Notes: generated by a model from the sequence alone, not told the origin. A stretch of DNA of 63,520 bases, filler included, from Octopus bimaculoides (GCF_001194135.2; 6 parts of 4 records of this genome joined end to end with filler, not necessarily neighbours in it); one strand, 5' to 3'. Counted from the whole stretch's first letter, positions 38,052 through 52,353 are shown. Translations and numbers: made by a program.

Positions 38052-38781
38052 TGTATGCATGTATGTATGTATAAATACACATGCAAACATACATACATAC
38101 ATGCATGTACATATATGTACACATATATATATACATATCTGTGTGTGTGTGTGAAGGTAGATAGGCATGCATGCATATATATTTATATATAACTATGCAT
38201 ATACATATATACTTGACCATATATAAGTTATACATATATATATATATAAGTTATATATATATATATATATATATATATNNNNNNNNNNNNNNNNNNNNNN
38301 NNNNNNNNNNNNNNNNNNNNNNNNNNNNNNNNNNNNNNNNNNNNNNNNNNNNNNNNNNNNNNNNNNNNNNNNNNNNNNNNNNNNNNNNNNNNNNNNNNNN
38401 NNNNNNNNNNNNNNNNNNNNNNNNNNNNNNNNNNNNNNNNNNNNNNNNNNNNNNNNNNNNNNNNNNNNNNNNNNNNNNNNNNNNNNNNNNNNNNNNNNNN
38501 NNNNNNNNNNNNNNNNNNNNNNNNNNNNNNNNNNNNNNNNNNNNNNNNNNNNNNNNNNNNNNNNNNNNNNNNNNNNNNNNNNNNNNNNNNNNNNNNNNNN
38601 NNNNNNNNNNNNNNNNNNNNNNNNNNNNNNNNNNNNNNNNNNNNNNNNNNNNNNNNNNNNNNNNNNNNNNNNNNNNNNNNNNNNNNNNNNNNNNNNNNNN
38701 NNNNNNNNNNNNNNNNNNNNNNNNNNNNNNNNNNNNNNNNNNNNNNNNNNNNNNNNNNNNNNNNNNNNNNNNNNNNNNNNN

Positions 38782-38841
<60 letters not shown>

Positions 38842-39582
38842 TATATATGTCTGTGTTCGTTCAATAAATGTTGTACTGTGCATTGTATTTGTATTGGAGA
38901 GTGTATGAAAAACAAGATTCAATAACACCAGAATTAACAGATAGCTTTACTTTCTTCCTTTATCTATTTTTTTGTTTTGTTTTGTTTTATTATCTACTGA
39001 CTTACAAAATACAATACCTGAATATAAAGAAATTCTTGAATGAAATGCTAATTACAAATCTTTACGTAGAAATTTGGCAGGCAACTCTAAAATGTTGGTA
39101 AGTAGTGAGAAAATGTGTTTGTCTTCTTCGAAAACACTGATGTTTGTTGTAAACCACTCTCAAAAATCTTCTAATAAAAGTCTAACATTAACTGGATATC
39201 GTTGCCGATAGCAATAGAATTACTATGAGGTTTTTTCTTTTTTTTTTTTTTTCCTGTAGGTATATATTTTATTTTTTGTTGCTGTTGTTGTTGTCTTACT
39301 TCTCAGAGCTCCCGATCTTACTTTCTCCGGTTAGTTCTTTGAAAGCAGGCAGCAACCTCTTGTCGAAGGTCTCACAGGGCCCCTTAGGATCTCTTTCTAC
39401 GAATTATAAGATGGTATATGCTAAATATTGTAGAAGATACTTAACCCTATATTATTATTATTATTTATTCTGCAGGGACACGGATACTGGAAGTTGAACG
39501 CGTCCTTCTCAGCGCGTCAAGCTTTCAGAGAATAGCTTAGCAAGTTAGTCCATCGAAATTTGACTGGTGCAGTCGTAAACAA

Positions 39583-39682
39583 NNNNNNNNNNNNNNNNNN
39601 NNNNNNNNNNNNNNNNNNNNNNNNNNTTAATTAATTAANNNNNNNNNNNNNNNNNNNNNNNNNNNNNNNNNNNNNNNNNNNN
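39583..39682. other. Artificial scaffold spacer
   Basis: 44 N + TTAATTAATTAA (39627-39638) + 44 N. Confidence 0.95.
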
Positions 39683-40460
39683 CACACACACATAAACACA
39701 CACATACACACACACCTCTCACATACACAAAACCACACACACACACACACACATACACAAAACACATATACACACATGCACACACGCACACACACCTCTC
39801 ACATACACAATACTCACTTACATACATAACACACACGCACGCACGAAAACATACACAATATACACATACACGCACGCACAAAACATATACATACACGCAC
39901 ACACACAGCACACGGAAATACACATACAGACACAGATAAACACACATAAACACACACACACCACGCACACATACTTCTCACCAACACTACACACTCACAC
40001 AGACACGCATACAATCACACACACATGGGCATAAACAACACACGCACATACAATAGCAAACGCACGCACACACACGTACACAGCAACGCACATATACACA
40101 ACATACACATACACACAAACACACATGCACGCACAAAAACATACACATACACACACGCGCATATACAAAATACACACACACACGTACACGTACCCAACAC
40201 CTACAACCCCACACAAACACACACGAACACACACATACTCAAAAATCGCCTATTGACCTTTTACCTAACACTGTCCATAAGCATCCACAAACTATTCCTG
40301 CGACTAATTCCTTCCACTACGTCGCACACACACACACACACACAAACACACTAACAGATAAACCACCAAACCATGCACACACACACACACACACACACAT
40401 ATACATACGCACACACACGTTCTGTAATCACACAAACACTCGCAGACTCGCGCACGCACA
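39683..40460 (+). repeat. Degenerate (CA)n-rich low-complexity tract
   Basis: Direct reading; source of the many VCVC/THTH ORFs. Confidence 0.9.
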
Positions 40461-40499
40461 TATATTCATCGTCCTTTTTCACTCTCCTGTCTTAGAAAG

Positions 40500-40601
40500 A
40501 ACTTTTACCCCACCACCTCCTCTTCCGGTCTTTTCACAATGTAACCTCGTGGGCATCGGTACCATTTTCCTCTTTCTCCGTTTTTCCATTCTCCGAACAT
40601 T
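40500..40601 (-). mobile_element. Possible RTE LINE 3' end
   Basis: MFGEWKNGERGKWYRCPRGYI resembles the RTE C-terminal G.R..GRP motif; short and next to a gap. Confidence 0.35.
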
Positions 40602-40887
40602 NNNNNNNNNNNNNNNNNNNNNNNNNNNNNNNNNNNNNNNNNNNNNNNNNNNNNNNNNNNNNNNNNNNNNNNNNNNNNNNNNNNNNNNNNNNNNNNNNNN
40701 NNNNNNNNNNNNNNNNNNNNNNNNNNNNNNNNNNNNNNNNNNNNNNNNNNNNNNNNNNNNNNNNNNNNNNNNNNNNNNNNNNNNNNNNNNNNNNNNNNNN
40801 NNNNNNNNNNNNNNNNNNNNNNNNNNNNNNNNNNNNNNNNNNNNNNNNNNNNNNNNNNNNNNNNNNNNNNNNNNNNNNNNNNNNNNN

Positions 40888-40926
<39 letters not shown>

Positions 40927-41794
40927 TATACGTATATGTTACAGCGGCAAGGCTATATTGCAGCCATTTTACAATACCTGAAATATGCAGAATTAAATAT
41001 TTGCAATAATTGCAATGAACAATACTTTTCCTATAAGTAAATGGCAACGGATGCAATGATGCAGCCCTAGATTAAGTATAAGTCCAAAAGTAGTACGACA
41101 AAGAAGTGGGTGAGTTTATATTCAAAGTCTACTTTATTTGACATTATTGCAAATCTACTGTCTGTGAACATAACGTTAGTATGTTTCAGTTGAAGATAGT
41201 ATATATGCAGAAGATCACTCTACTAATTGATATTACAAGGGAGAGAATACACACGCACAACTCGCGCTCCAGAATTGACTAATATATTAAAACAGATATC
41301 GAAAAAAAATTTTTAACTACTTCAAAGAATGAATTAACGTAGATAGTCATAAGAAAACAAGATACATGCCAATCAATAAGGTGTTTCACATAAACATGGT
41401 TTCAGAATGAGGTAGTCGTCCAGCTCTCTTCAAACAGCCCCGTGGTGCTAGTAATTTTATATCACATTTTTAAAAGGCAATTTCTTTTAAAGTCAACAAT
41501 CAAACATTTTGTTAGATGAAAATCGATGTGTCTGAGATGTCACCAGTTATTTTCTAATGCATTGCGAGAAGCAAATGACACAATTTAGATACTTCTAAAA
41601 CTGTTATTACACTGTAATCTGTGTACGTTCATGATATACACGTATCTTTAAAACAATTAATTGGAGTGATGCTTAAAAGAATGTTATGTCGTAGTTCATG
41701 TCTGTTATTATCTATATGGGATTGAGTTCACATAGACTAACGACCAATGAATTCGGAATAGGAATTTGAAATATTAGTTTCAAATGTCAGTACA

Positions 41795-41980
41795 ATAACA
41801 GCAATTTCAGAGGAGAGAATAAGTCAATTACGTTGACCCCCATATTCAATTGGAACTTATTTTATCGACTCCAAAAGTATGAAAGGCAAAGTCGACCTCG
41901 GTGGAACTTGAATTAAGAATGGACGAAAAGCCGCTAAGCATTTTGTCCGGAGTGCTAACGATTCTGCTGCTCACCGACTT
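41795..41980 (-). mobile_element. SINE family A
   Basis: ttttatcgactccaaaagtatgaaaggcaaagtcgacctcggtggaacttgaa core. Confidence 0.75.
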
Positions 41981-42653
41981 AGGGATTCGTAATATATTAA
42001 GAGATTTTGCTAATTTTAAAACTGTTCTGTACATTTAATTGCACCCCCTCCTCCAAAAAATTGCATTTTAATATACATGTTCTATAACCATACATTACAC
42101 AAAATAATATATATACATATATACCGAATTTTAGAAATTTGGGCACAAATCCAGTGGTTTTAAAGGAGGAATAAGTCAATTGCAGCACTCCACGTGTTCA
42201 CCTCGTACTTAATTTTATCGATTTCGGAAGGTAAAGTAGGACATAACTGATTTTGAAATGACGTTGAAAGAAATGCCGTTTAGTATTTCGACCGACACGA
42301 CAATACTTCAATAAATTTGCTGCTTTCCTACGAGAAAAAATAACGACTATGTGACGCATGAATATATATTCGAGATATATATAAAAACCAAAACTGATTT
42401 CAAAACTAAGGGCATGGCAGCAGAGTTAGAAAGTATTTCTTATAAACAAACTTACGTATATGAAAACCTTTCACTAAATAATCGACAATAGATGAGTCGA
42501 ATTGTTTTTTGTCAGCAAACCACAAAAGTGCGTATACATACATAAATACATACATATATCTAAATGCATCGGCCTATTTCTAATGTATATGCATGTATGC
42601 ACGCATCTATCCATCTACACACACATATGTAAATGAACATAAATACATATATG

Positions 42654-42700
<47 letters not shown>

Positions 42701-43299
42701 GTGTGTATGTATGAGTGTGTCTATGGGTATATGGATGTTTGTAATTATTTTTGTGTGTGACGGATTGTAGAGATATCTAAGTTAATTATTAACTTTTATT
42801 AAGAACATAGGTGAATCATTTTATTGATCTATTTCTTTTATAGATATTTACAGATGAATAAATTCGATTTGTAGCTCTTCAAATATATTTATCGTAAGAA
42901 ACTAGTTTTGAGAAATATATGTCCGAAATATAATTCTATTTAGTATAATTTACTGTCTTCATTGAATTTACATTTAATGTAAAAATATATTTCCTGAATA
43001 AATAATAAGTGTTAGCGATTAACGTGTTGAGATAATCTTTATTAATGTACTAAATATAAGAGTAATATTTGAAAGCTATACTACAAAAAATCTTGTTTCT
43101 CACTTTGTATTATCTATTCAAATGAAATAAAAAACAATATTCTGTGTTTACAAACATATACTGAGGACATTACATTATATGCTTATATTTTCTTTCGGGG
43201 TGTGGTGAGAGGAAGTATTTCTGTAGTAGTAGTAGTACGCCACTTTTAAAAAGGAAAAGGGTTTTGTTCGCTGTAATGACCTTATATCCAGTTGCTGTT

Positions 43300-43575
43300 A
43301 CCTTGATATTGCCGGCATTCCAATAAGAAGCTAACATCGTGGTTCCAGTATATGGCACCTTGGGCAAGTATCTTCTACTATCGCCTCGGGCCTACCAAAG
43401 CCTTGTGAGTGGATATTTGTGTGGGTGTATCTTTCAGTCTGTGGTTGTCCCCCCCCCCACCATCACTTCACAACCACGTAACTTCTCGTTTCGGCAAAAG
43501 AACCGTTAGAATAAATACTACGACTAAAGTAATACTTGAAAACGGTGCTCCAGCATGGCCACAATCAAACACTGT
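43300..43575 (+). mobile_element. SINE family B, internally deleted
   Basis: ggcaccttgggcaagtatcttctactatcgcctcgggcctaccaaagccttgtgagtggat...ggtgctccagcatggccaca. Confidence 0.75.
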
Positions 43576-44177
43576 GTTTCTTATGCTGGAAGGGTTAAAA
43601 TGTAAGCTGTATCTCCGTATGTAGATGTTATATTAATGATATATAAATAAGCCTTCGTTCGGCACAACAAAATTCATTCATTCTTACCTGTGACGGAGTG
43701 GATGACATTGGAAAATATTTGCAAAAAAAAAAATGATTTTTGGAACGCAAAATAAAATTATTCAAAAGAAGCTAATCAAAACTAAGTGCTGCAGTCAACC
43801 CTCAATAGTTAATGACAGATAATTCTTGAACGCCAAATAAATTTGAAGAGGTATATTCCGACAAACATTAATATTTTATGGCGCTAAATTTTCAATGAAA
43901 AACGTTAGGAGTTGACAGACCTGTTACAAAATCTCGTAATTACTAATGTATTCACACTTTTTTCGTCCAGTTAATCGAATGGCGCCAATCGTGTGCGAGA
44001 GCCTTCCAACTTAGTCAAATCTCTGAAACACACATATTGCCGTGCACATTAAAACGTGTCACAGATGAATGCAATCATCAATACACTCAGACTAACAAAC
44101 ACACATACTACATTTCTATCTGTGGCTTTTTACTTATACATACATACATACATACATACATACATACGTACATACGT

Positions 44178-44222
<45 letters not shown>

Positions 44223-44372
44223 NNNNNNNNNNNNNNNNNNNNNNNNNNNNNNNNNNNNNNNNNNNNNNNNNNNNNNNNNNNNNNNNNNNNNNNNNNNNNN
44301 NNNNNNNNNNNNNNNNNNNNNNNNNNNNNNNNNNNNNNNNNNNNNNNNNNNNNNNNNNNNNNNNNNNNNNNN

Positions 44373-44411
<39 letters not shown>

Positions 44412-45176
44412 GTATGTATATCAAATTAAGCAACAAGAATATTCAGAGGTAATGCAGATGGTCGCATTTGTATAGTTTTATCAACTATATTGTATATCTA
44501 AGGCCGAGAAAACAAAGAGCAATGTCTGTTAGGAATAGGGCTGAGGGAGTCGACAGAAATCCTAGTGGGTATAGTCATAAAAAACTATCAAGATTTATTA
44601 GAAGCAACATCATGAGATTTGGCAAAGAAAAAATTAAATCAAGATGGTAGTTGACAATTAAGTGGGCCAGCCACGAGCAGACCATTGATAATGAAACATG
44701 GGATATCTCATCATGTAGTACTATAGTTAAATATTTTAAACAATATTGCCATATTGTATAAAGTTAATGTTTAGGGTTGTTCAGAAGATTATTAGGAAGA
44801 ATATTATAACAAACGGACAAAAAGTTTTTTGAATATTTTTCAGTATATACCAACTTTCACCACAATAGGGGTAGGAAAAGGAATTATCTAGAAATAGTTT
44901 AATATCTATACATATTATATACTAAAATACTAACTTATCAGATGTTATCTGTGAATATTGATGAATTGGTATATACTGGTATTTAAAAAAGGAGTACTGT
45001 GGTAAAAGAACATGCTAATTATATATTAATTAGATTATAATCTAAGCAGTTTATTTTAAGTTGTGAATATACCAGTATTGTTTTATATAAGATGAGTATG
45101 AATTTATAGAGGTAAAAAAATTAGATTTATTTTAAAAATAAATAAAGGCTATTATAAAATAATAATAAATAAGATA

Positions 45177-45370
45177 ATCAGGTAGGGCAGAACACCATAA
45201 AAAAGATATAAAATAGCTTTATCACTAAAAACATGATCAAGTATATATACCTTATTAATATCAATAGAGAAAATTTCTCTCTATTGTTGTTAATAAACTA
45301 TATGTACTTTATCATGTTTTTAGTGATTAAGCTATTTTGCTCCTTTCTATGGTGTTCTGCCCTACCTGAT
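45177..45370. mobile_element. MITE-like hairpin (~70-bp arms with nested inner palindrome)
   Basis: atcaggtagggcagaacaccata... is mirrored by ...tatggtgttctgccctacctgat; inner palindrome caatagagaaaatttctctctattg. Confidence 0.8.
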
Positions 45371-48364
45371 TTTTTTTGATTTTTTATTATTGAAAGTTTG
45401 ATATGAAGGTCATTAATACACGAAGTATATACGATAGAAGCATAAACTGAAGAATATTTGGTTTTACGTTTAGTTCTCTATCAGCAGAGGTATGTGCTCA
45501 CTTATAAATAAGAAATAAGTTTCTGGGTATTATGAAGGAATTCCAACCAGGTTTCGTGGTTCGCTACCGTAAGAGCTCCTGTATAGGATCCAGTAGCTAA
45601 GGCCGTCTTCAAGAGGAACCACGTCCGGTTTCTGCCCCTACTTCTCTGCCGTTTTCGATGTGGTGGCCCCCTTTCCCTTCGGAGATGTCTTTTCTGTTTT
45701 CTTTGACTTTTTATTCCCTAGTTTCTTCAACGTAGCGTCGGCCAACATCAGCGGGTGAATGGCCACTCTGGCAAATTTCCCCTTAAATACTCACCGGTAG
45801 GCTTCAGCAGCCAGCGCCAACTAACTGCCACGTGACACAATCTAGGCTTGAAATGACAAATGGAGAGGAAGGGCGCGTAGTTTGGCCCACGCCCTCTCTT
45901 GACCTACCTTCTAACAGAGCCATGTTAGTCTCAGCTCCAGCAGCCAGATCTGACTAGCTCTCTTGTGGTGCGAGCCTTCGAACTAGCGGAGCGGAAGGCG
46001 TTTACGTGGCAGTCAGCCTCACCTACCGACGCTATTTCCTAGTCAGAATGAAACTTATTCAAAAATTTAGTTTCAACGCAAATAACAAAACTTAAGCAAG
46101 TGTACAAGTATCGGGGATTAAATATTGTAATTGCTGATCAAGTTCCTAACTATTCACTTTGTGGGTTATTACAACGTATGAATATTTATAAATATTATAT
46201 AGTATATTAAATTATTGTACTCGTATTAATTATCTCCACTATTTTAAATAAAATTTCCAATTCAAAGAAAATTTCTTTAAAAATACCTTGCAGCTAGTGA
46301 TGTAATTTTGCTACGGATGGATACACAAATTGGATATGATGCGTCAGGATTTCAATTGTTTGAAACGAATTTAAATAGTTTTTTTTTCAATTTGAATAAT
46401 GACGATGTAGAATTTAGAGTTTATTAAAATCAAATTAACGAAATACAACACTTCTCTTTGCACTTCCGCGCAGAGATATATATCGAAAACCAACAAGTAA
46501 TCATTAAAGTCGCCAGACCTTAAAAGAACATTGAAATACTAATGTAATATCATTACTAAAAGCTAGCCAAAAATTTATATCTCCTAATTACTGACAAATT
46601 TCAGCAACCGTAACTTACACGTTAAAATCTCCATTACGCATGCAATTACATATGCAAACAAACATATGAACACGAACACATAAATAATAAAAAGATAAAA
46701 GCTTCTCATGTACGTACACAGGCATATATATATATATATATANNNNNNNNNNNNNNNNNNNNNNNNNNNNNNNNNNNNNNNNNNNNNNNNNNNNNNNNNN
46801 NNNNNNNNNNNNNNNNNNNNNNNNNNNNNNNNNNNNNNNNNNNNNNNNNNNNNNNNNNNNNNNNNNNNNNNNNNNNNNNNNNNNNNNNNNNNNNNNNNNN
46901 NNNNNNNNNNNNNNNNNNNNNNNNNNNNNNNNNNNNNNNNNNNNNNNNNNNNNNNNNNNNNNNNNNNNNNNNNNNNNNNNNNNNNNNNNNNNNNNNNNNN
47001 NNNNNNNNNNNNNNNNNNNNNNNNNNNNNNNNNNNNNNNNNNNNNNNNNNNNNNNNNNNNNNNNNNNNNNNNNNNNNNNNNNNNNNNNNNNNNNNNNNNN
47101 NNNNNNNNNNNNNNNNNNNNNNNNNNNNNNNNNNNNNNNNNNNNNNNNNNNNNNNNNNNNNNNNNNNNNNNNNNNNNNNNNNNNNNNNNNNNNNNNNNNN
47201 NNNNNNNNNNNNNNNNNNNNNNNNNNNNNNNNNNNNNNNNNNNNNNNNNNNNNNNNNNNNNNNNNNNNNNNNNNNNNNNNNNNNNNNNNNNNNNNNNNNN
47301 NNNNNNNNNNNNNNNNNNNNNNNNNNNNNNNNNNNNNNNNNNNNNNNNNNNNNNNNNNNNNNNNNNNNNNNNNNNNNNNNNNNNNNNNNNNNNNNNNNNN
47401 NNNNNNNNNNNNNNNNNNNNNNNNNNNNNNNNNNNNNNNNNNNNNNNNNNNNNNNNNNNNNNNNNNNNNNNNNNNNNNNNNNNNNNNNNNNNNNNNNNNN
47501 NNNNNNNNNNNNNNNNNNNNNNNNNNNNNNNNNNNNNNNNNNNNNNNNNNNNNNNNNNNNNNNNNNNNNNNNNNNNNNNNNNNNNNNNNNNNNNNNNNNN
47601 NNNNNNNNNNNNNNNNNNNNNNNNNNNNNNNNNNNNNNNNNNNNNNNNNNNNAGAGAGAGAGAGAGAGAGAGAAAGAAAGAGACAGAAAGAGAGAGAGAG
47701 ATGGGGGGAGAGGGGGGAAAAGAGAGAGAGAGAGTTTTCCTTTTAGTTTTTCCTCCCTTAAAGGTCTTAACTGTGAAATCAACTCTTGAAGTGTTTCTTA
47801 TTTGCACACTGCTACTTGAGATATAGTATATTAATTGTTTACTTCATTTTATTTCCTTAGGTGAGTTTTGTGTAATATACATTATCATAAGTTTTGAACG
47901 AAATAAATAAAAGAAAAATGTAGGTGAGAAACTCCTGCGATTGTAGAATTTTTAAAGAAAGTGCTAGATTTGTTACATAAAAGATATATTTCTTTGAAGT
48001 CTAAATTAAACGCATAAGATTTTTTAGTCGAATAAATAAATCACAGGACGTATTGTAATTGGTTCAGCACGGAGATGTATATTTCATATAAAGATGCACG
48101 ATTGCACATGTTAGTATACGCCATCGAGCATTCCGATGCACAGTCAATTACGCAGAAATAGTGATATTATGCATGTTAATATTCATATATATTTCTATGA
48201 ATACTCATATTCAATACTTTCAAATGCATGCTCTTAAAGCGTCAAAGCTGTCTAGGTAGACTATTGATTACTGAACACCCTTGGAAATAAAGTTAGCAAA
48301 TTCATGAAATATTTTAGTGCATATATTTGCACATAATTAAATAATATATATATATTTATTTATT

Positions 48365-48560
48365 TGTTTCAGTCATTTGACTGCGGCCATACTGGAGCAC
48401 CGCCTTTAATCGAACAAATCAACCCCAGGAATTAATTATTCTTTGTAAGCCTAGTACTCAATCTATCGGTGCTTTTTAGCCGAACCGCTAAGTTACGAGG
48501 ACATAAACACACCAACATCAGTTATCAAGCGATGGTGGAGGGGGACAAGCACAAACACAT
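48365..48560 (-). mobile_element. SINE family B 3' part
   Basis: tttcagtcatttgactgcggccatactggagcaccgcc...gccgaaccgctaagttacg. Confidence 0.8.
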
Positions 48561-48795
48561 GAAAAAAAAAAAACGTTGAATAAAGGGAAATTACTCAAGT
48601 AGGCGTGGGAAAGTAAAACTTCGTTTATAAAATTTGCATATGCGGATGTGGATATGAACATAATGATACATGTGTACGTGCGTGTAAGCGTGTAATGAAT
48701 GTATGTATGTTTACATATGTATAGACATATATATATATATATTAATATATATGTGTGTGTTTGTATGTATATGTACACGTGTATGTGTATGTATG

Positions 48796-48830
<35 letters not shown>

Positions 48831-49375
48831 NNNNNNNNNNNNNNNNNNNNNNNNNNNNNNNNNNNNNNNNNNNNNNNNNNNNNNNNNNNNNNNNNNNNNN
48901 NNNNNNNNNNNNNNNNNNNNNNNNNNNNNNNNNNNNNNNNNNNNNNNNNNNNNNNNNNNNNNNNNNNNNNNNNNNNNNNNNNNNNNNNNNNNNNNNNNNN
49001 NNNNNNNNNNNNNNNNNNNNNNNNNNNNNNNNNNNNNNNNNNNNNNNNNNNNNNNNNNNNNNNNNNNNNNNNNNNNNNNNNNNNNNNNNNNNNNNNNNNN
49101 NNNNNNNNNNNNNNNNNNNNNNNNNNNNNNNNNNNNNNNNNNNNNNNNNNNNNNNNNNNNNNNNNNNNNNNNNNNNNNNNNNNNNNNNNNNNNNNNNNNN
49201 NNNNNNNNNNNNNNNNNNNNNNNNNNNNNNNNNNNNNNNNNNNNNNNNNNNNNNNNNNNNNNNNNNNNNNNNNNNNNNNNNNNNNNNNNNNNNNNNNNNN
49301 NNNNNNNNNNNNNNNNNNNNNNNNNNNNNNNNNNNNNNNNNNNNNNNNNNNNNNNNNNNNNNNNNNNNNNNNNNT

Positions 49376-50805
49376 GGGCATTCTTGTAATACTTGATGCC
49401 AAAGTTCGGCACCAGTCCTTCCAGTATTTTCCATATGTATATTATTACATATCACTCCCGCCTGCGCTCCAGGGAGTAGAGACCTAGTGCCTTCAGTCGC
49501 TCCCTGTAGTTCATTTGTTGGACTGCGGCGATCTTTTTGTATAGTTACGCTGAATTGCCTCGAGTTCTGCTGTCCGCTTGACACTGTGTGGTGACCACAA
49601 CTGAGAACAATAGTCTAGGCGGCTCAGAACAAATGTCTTCCATAGAGCGAACATGACTTTTTGATCCCTTGTTGGGAATGTCCTCAGTATCCACTCTGCC
49701 AGTTGTCTGCACTTTGCTGTCAACTTGATAATGTGCATGTGAAATGTTGCATCACTACACATGTTGATGCCAAGGTCTCTTACTGTTTGTGGTTCTGGGA
49801 TTGCAGTACCTTGAGGTCCTGTGTATGCCAGTTGGGAGGCACCTGTGGCCTTGTAGCGCAGTACTTGAATTTTTTTTGCATTGAACTGCATATTATTTTG
49901 CTCTGCCCACTTGTATATTGCATTTTGTTCATTCTGCAGGCTTATAATATCATCAGGATTCTTTATTGCCTGAGATAGTTTTGTGTCATCAGCGTAGCTA
50001 GTTACAGTGGCTCTCCGAGTGACCGTAGGTATGTCCAGAAGGGCCACTATGAACAGTAGTGGCCCCACGGAAGTTCCTTGCGGAACACCACTCAATATTT
50101 GCGTTTCCCTAGTTAGTTCTCCATTGGCTGCAACTGTCTGACTTCTACCATTCAGGAAGTCATGCAGCCGTTCTCCTAATTTACCAGCTATGCCAAGGTT
50201 TTGCAGCTTGTGACATATCAAGCCATGATCAAATTTGTCAAAGGCTTTTGCAAAGCCGAGATATATCACATCAACATTTGAATGGTGAAGTAGCTGCTTC
50301 AGCACCCAGTCATAATGCTGCAAGAGCTGCATGAGGCAGCTTCTACCTGGACGGAAACCATGCTGGGTCTCATTCAGCAAGTCATTTTCTTCTAGGAACG
50401 CAATCTATCTCCTTCTGACAATTCGTTCCACGACGTTGCTAATATGTGAAGTCAGAGAGATGGGCCTGTAGTTCAGAGCCTTTGCTCTGCTTCCACCTTT
50501 ATGGATAGGACATATAGTGCCTTCCTTCAGCTTTTTTGGGAAGTTTATCACTTGGAAGGAAACTCTGAAAGAGCATCCCGAGTGGTCCCGCTAATTCTTG
50601 TTTACACGACTTTAAGAGGACAGCTGGGAAACCATTTGCCGAATTTGAGCTCATTTCTTTAATGGCAGCTATTACATCTTCCTCTTCAATGTCAATGTAG
50701 GTAATGAATGCAGTCTTTTTCTGCTGAGTGATATTGTCAAAGAAATCAGCTGGGTTCTTTATCTGCATGTGACTCAGGGGAGAAGTGAAAACACTCTTGA
50801 ATATA
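49376..50805 (-). mobile_element. CR1/L2-group LINE ORF2 (RT domain), 5'-truncated, frameshifted
   Basis: QHGFRPGRSC, AKAFDK, GVPQGTSVGPLLF, YADD, VRDLG, LDYCSQLWSP in ORF 49511-50380. The frameshifted upstream part is in ORF 50499-50849 and the downstream YSLERR in ORF 48742-49584 and adjacent frames. Confidence 0.93.
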
Positions 50806-51263
50806 TATATGCATATATATATATAAATGTATATATATATAAACATCATATGGATTTTTGGTCACTACACCCTTTTCAGACGTATGTTTTATTGATGAAT
50901 AGAATTATTACATAATGCGACGGAAAGCGTTTTCATTAGGTGAATATATGTGAGAACCATCTCAATTCCAAAGAAAAATACCATTTTGTGACTCACCAAC
51001 AAAATATTAGTCAGAGGATGATGAAAACACTGTAGCTTATAGCTTATAAACAGGAAACATTTTAGATGTGACTAACGGGGTGGAAGCGATAGGATATTAT
51101 AGTAGACAGGTAAAAGCGTAGGAGAGAAAAGAGAAGGAAAACTGTACATCACGTTCTACCTCGTAAAGTGTTATAAATAAGATAAGGTAATTTCATTTGA
51201 ATATATATAGGTGTGTGTGTGTGTGTGTGACTGTATGTATATGTATGTATGCATGTATGTATG

Positions 51264-51294
<31 letters not shown>

Positions 51295-51295
51295 C

Positions 51296-51380
<85 letters not shown>

Positions 51381-52279
51381 GACAAGAAATAATTTTTGAC
51401 TCTTATGGAGACAAAAGGGTTTCTAAGACTGCAAACACGAAGTTCTTAACTGAAATTGCGACAAAGATTTAAAAAAAAAAACATTGATTAGAGAACAAAC
51501 ATGAAATTAGAGTCAACGACTTCATATAACACCACGATTCCATACATTTGATCATGAATAAATATTACCATAGTCTTCAACATATAAAGGAATACATATA
51601 TAAAAAACAAAGGTGTATATATATATATATATATATATATATGCATCAATTCGTTTGTGTGATCTTATTTATGTATGTGTACCTATGCATGTTCCTATTA
51701 TGCACAAGACGCCGTGGATCATATATAAATATTACGATGCTCTACAACATATAAGAGAATACATATATAAAAAAAACACTGAAGGTAAAATCATATATAT
51801 GCAAATAAAAATGCAACGGCCTATCGAGTAGATATATACAACCGACTAAAAATAAGCAATCTAAATGAATTACTAAATCGAGTCAGGCGACTAAAAACCT
51901 AAATAAATATATCAATCGACTAATTTTTTTACTCACCTCAATTAAAAATAAGTCTTAAAAACCATGTTAGGTTGACGGCCAGGAACGTAAAAGAATTCCA
52001 TAAAATCAATTGAAATCTCATTTATGACCATTTCAGTAATTCACAGTCGCGGTCCGATTATGAGTTAACGTGCATCTCGGCAATGACCCCTCATCAGAAT
52101 GAACAGGTATCTCAACAATTAGTTGTTCACCAAATATTTATATATGATCCACGGCGTCTTGTGCATAATAGAAACGTGCATAGGTACACATCCATAAATA
52201 AGATCCCACAAAGAATTCATGCATTTAAACTCAAACGCACACACATACACACACACACATACACACACACACACACACA

Positions 52280-52353
<74 letters not shown>

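Noticed and set aside
41038-41115. Exon ending at a consensus GTGAGT donor (41110)
   Set aside because: Both upstream candidate acceptors give a stop codon in the Pax6 reading phase.
51005-51080. Third hammerhead-like arrangement
   Set aside because: The core reads GAUGAUGA rather than CUGAUGA and the cleavage triplet and stems do not fit.
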